A stretch of DNA of 64,000 nt from Camelus ferus (taxonomy: Eukaryota), in NCBI RefSeq assembly GCF_009834535.1, contig NC_045696.1, forward strand, positions 49,044,001 to 49,108,000. The letters are read 5' to 3'. The notes beneath the pieces were generated by a model, which was not told where the DNA came from, made no database searches, and worked only from the letters and a program-made list of their open reading frames with translations. The position numbers were made by a program, and so were the translations under genes. Shown piece after piece: positions 63,880 to 64,000 of the stretch. The stretch's first letter is position 1; every line of letters begins with the position of its first letter.

Positions 63880-64000
63880 CAGGAGTGGCTGCATAATTTG
63901 AGGGGCCCAATGCAAAATGGAAATGTGAGGCCCTTTGTTAATAAATTAAAATTTTCAAAGCCATGACAGTAGAGCATTAAACAAAGCACGAGGGCCTTTA
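63880..64000 (-). mobile_element. MER45A-like element, truncated by the window edge
   Basis: gctgcataatttgaggggcccaatgcaaaatggaaatgtg...gacagtagagcattaaac. Confidence 0.75.

Noticed and set aside
1..64000. CRISPR arrays, operons, tRNA/rRNA genes or prokaryotic defence systems
   Set aside because: The sequence is mammalian and repeat-rich; I saw no repeat-spacer arrays or structured RNA genes

Overview
AT-rich mammalian genomic DNA, roughly half ancient and recent transposable elements (L1, L2, MIR, MaLR/ERV LTRs, Tigger and hAT elements). There are no Alu, B1, Bov-tA, PRE or SINEC SINEs, and the young L1 3' ends look camelid-like (inference). I find no intact protein-coding gene: the ORF track is mostly L1/Tigger1 remnants and chance ORFs. 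The main discovery lies in the unique sequence between the TEs: two divergent chains of decayed exons bounded by AG/GT sites, largely phase-compatible when spliced by hand. About 17 run leftward on the minus strand from 28.66 kb and about 21 run rightward on the plus strand from 28.92 kb. Their translations repeatedly show the centrin-binding Sfi1-repeat pattern (A-x7-LL-x3-F/L-x2-W-K/R), with many stops and frameshifts and Trp often mutated to a stop or Cys. A CpG-retaining CCAAT/GC-box/MYB/RFX-like promoter lies between them. The minus chain has a start codon and a non-repeat N-terminal region, whereas the plus chain appears to begin within the repeat array. This suggests one very large fossil Sfi1-repeat gene split by an inversion, or two head-to-head dead paralogs. 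I cannot name the gene. Exon boundaries are manual and approximate, and TE family names come from recall, not a search.
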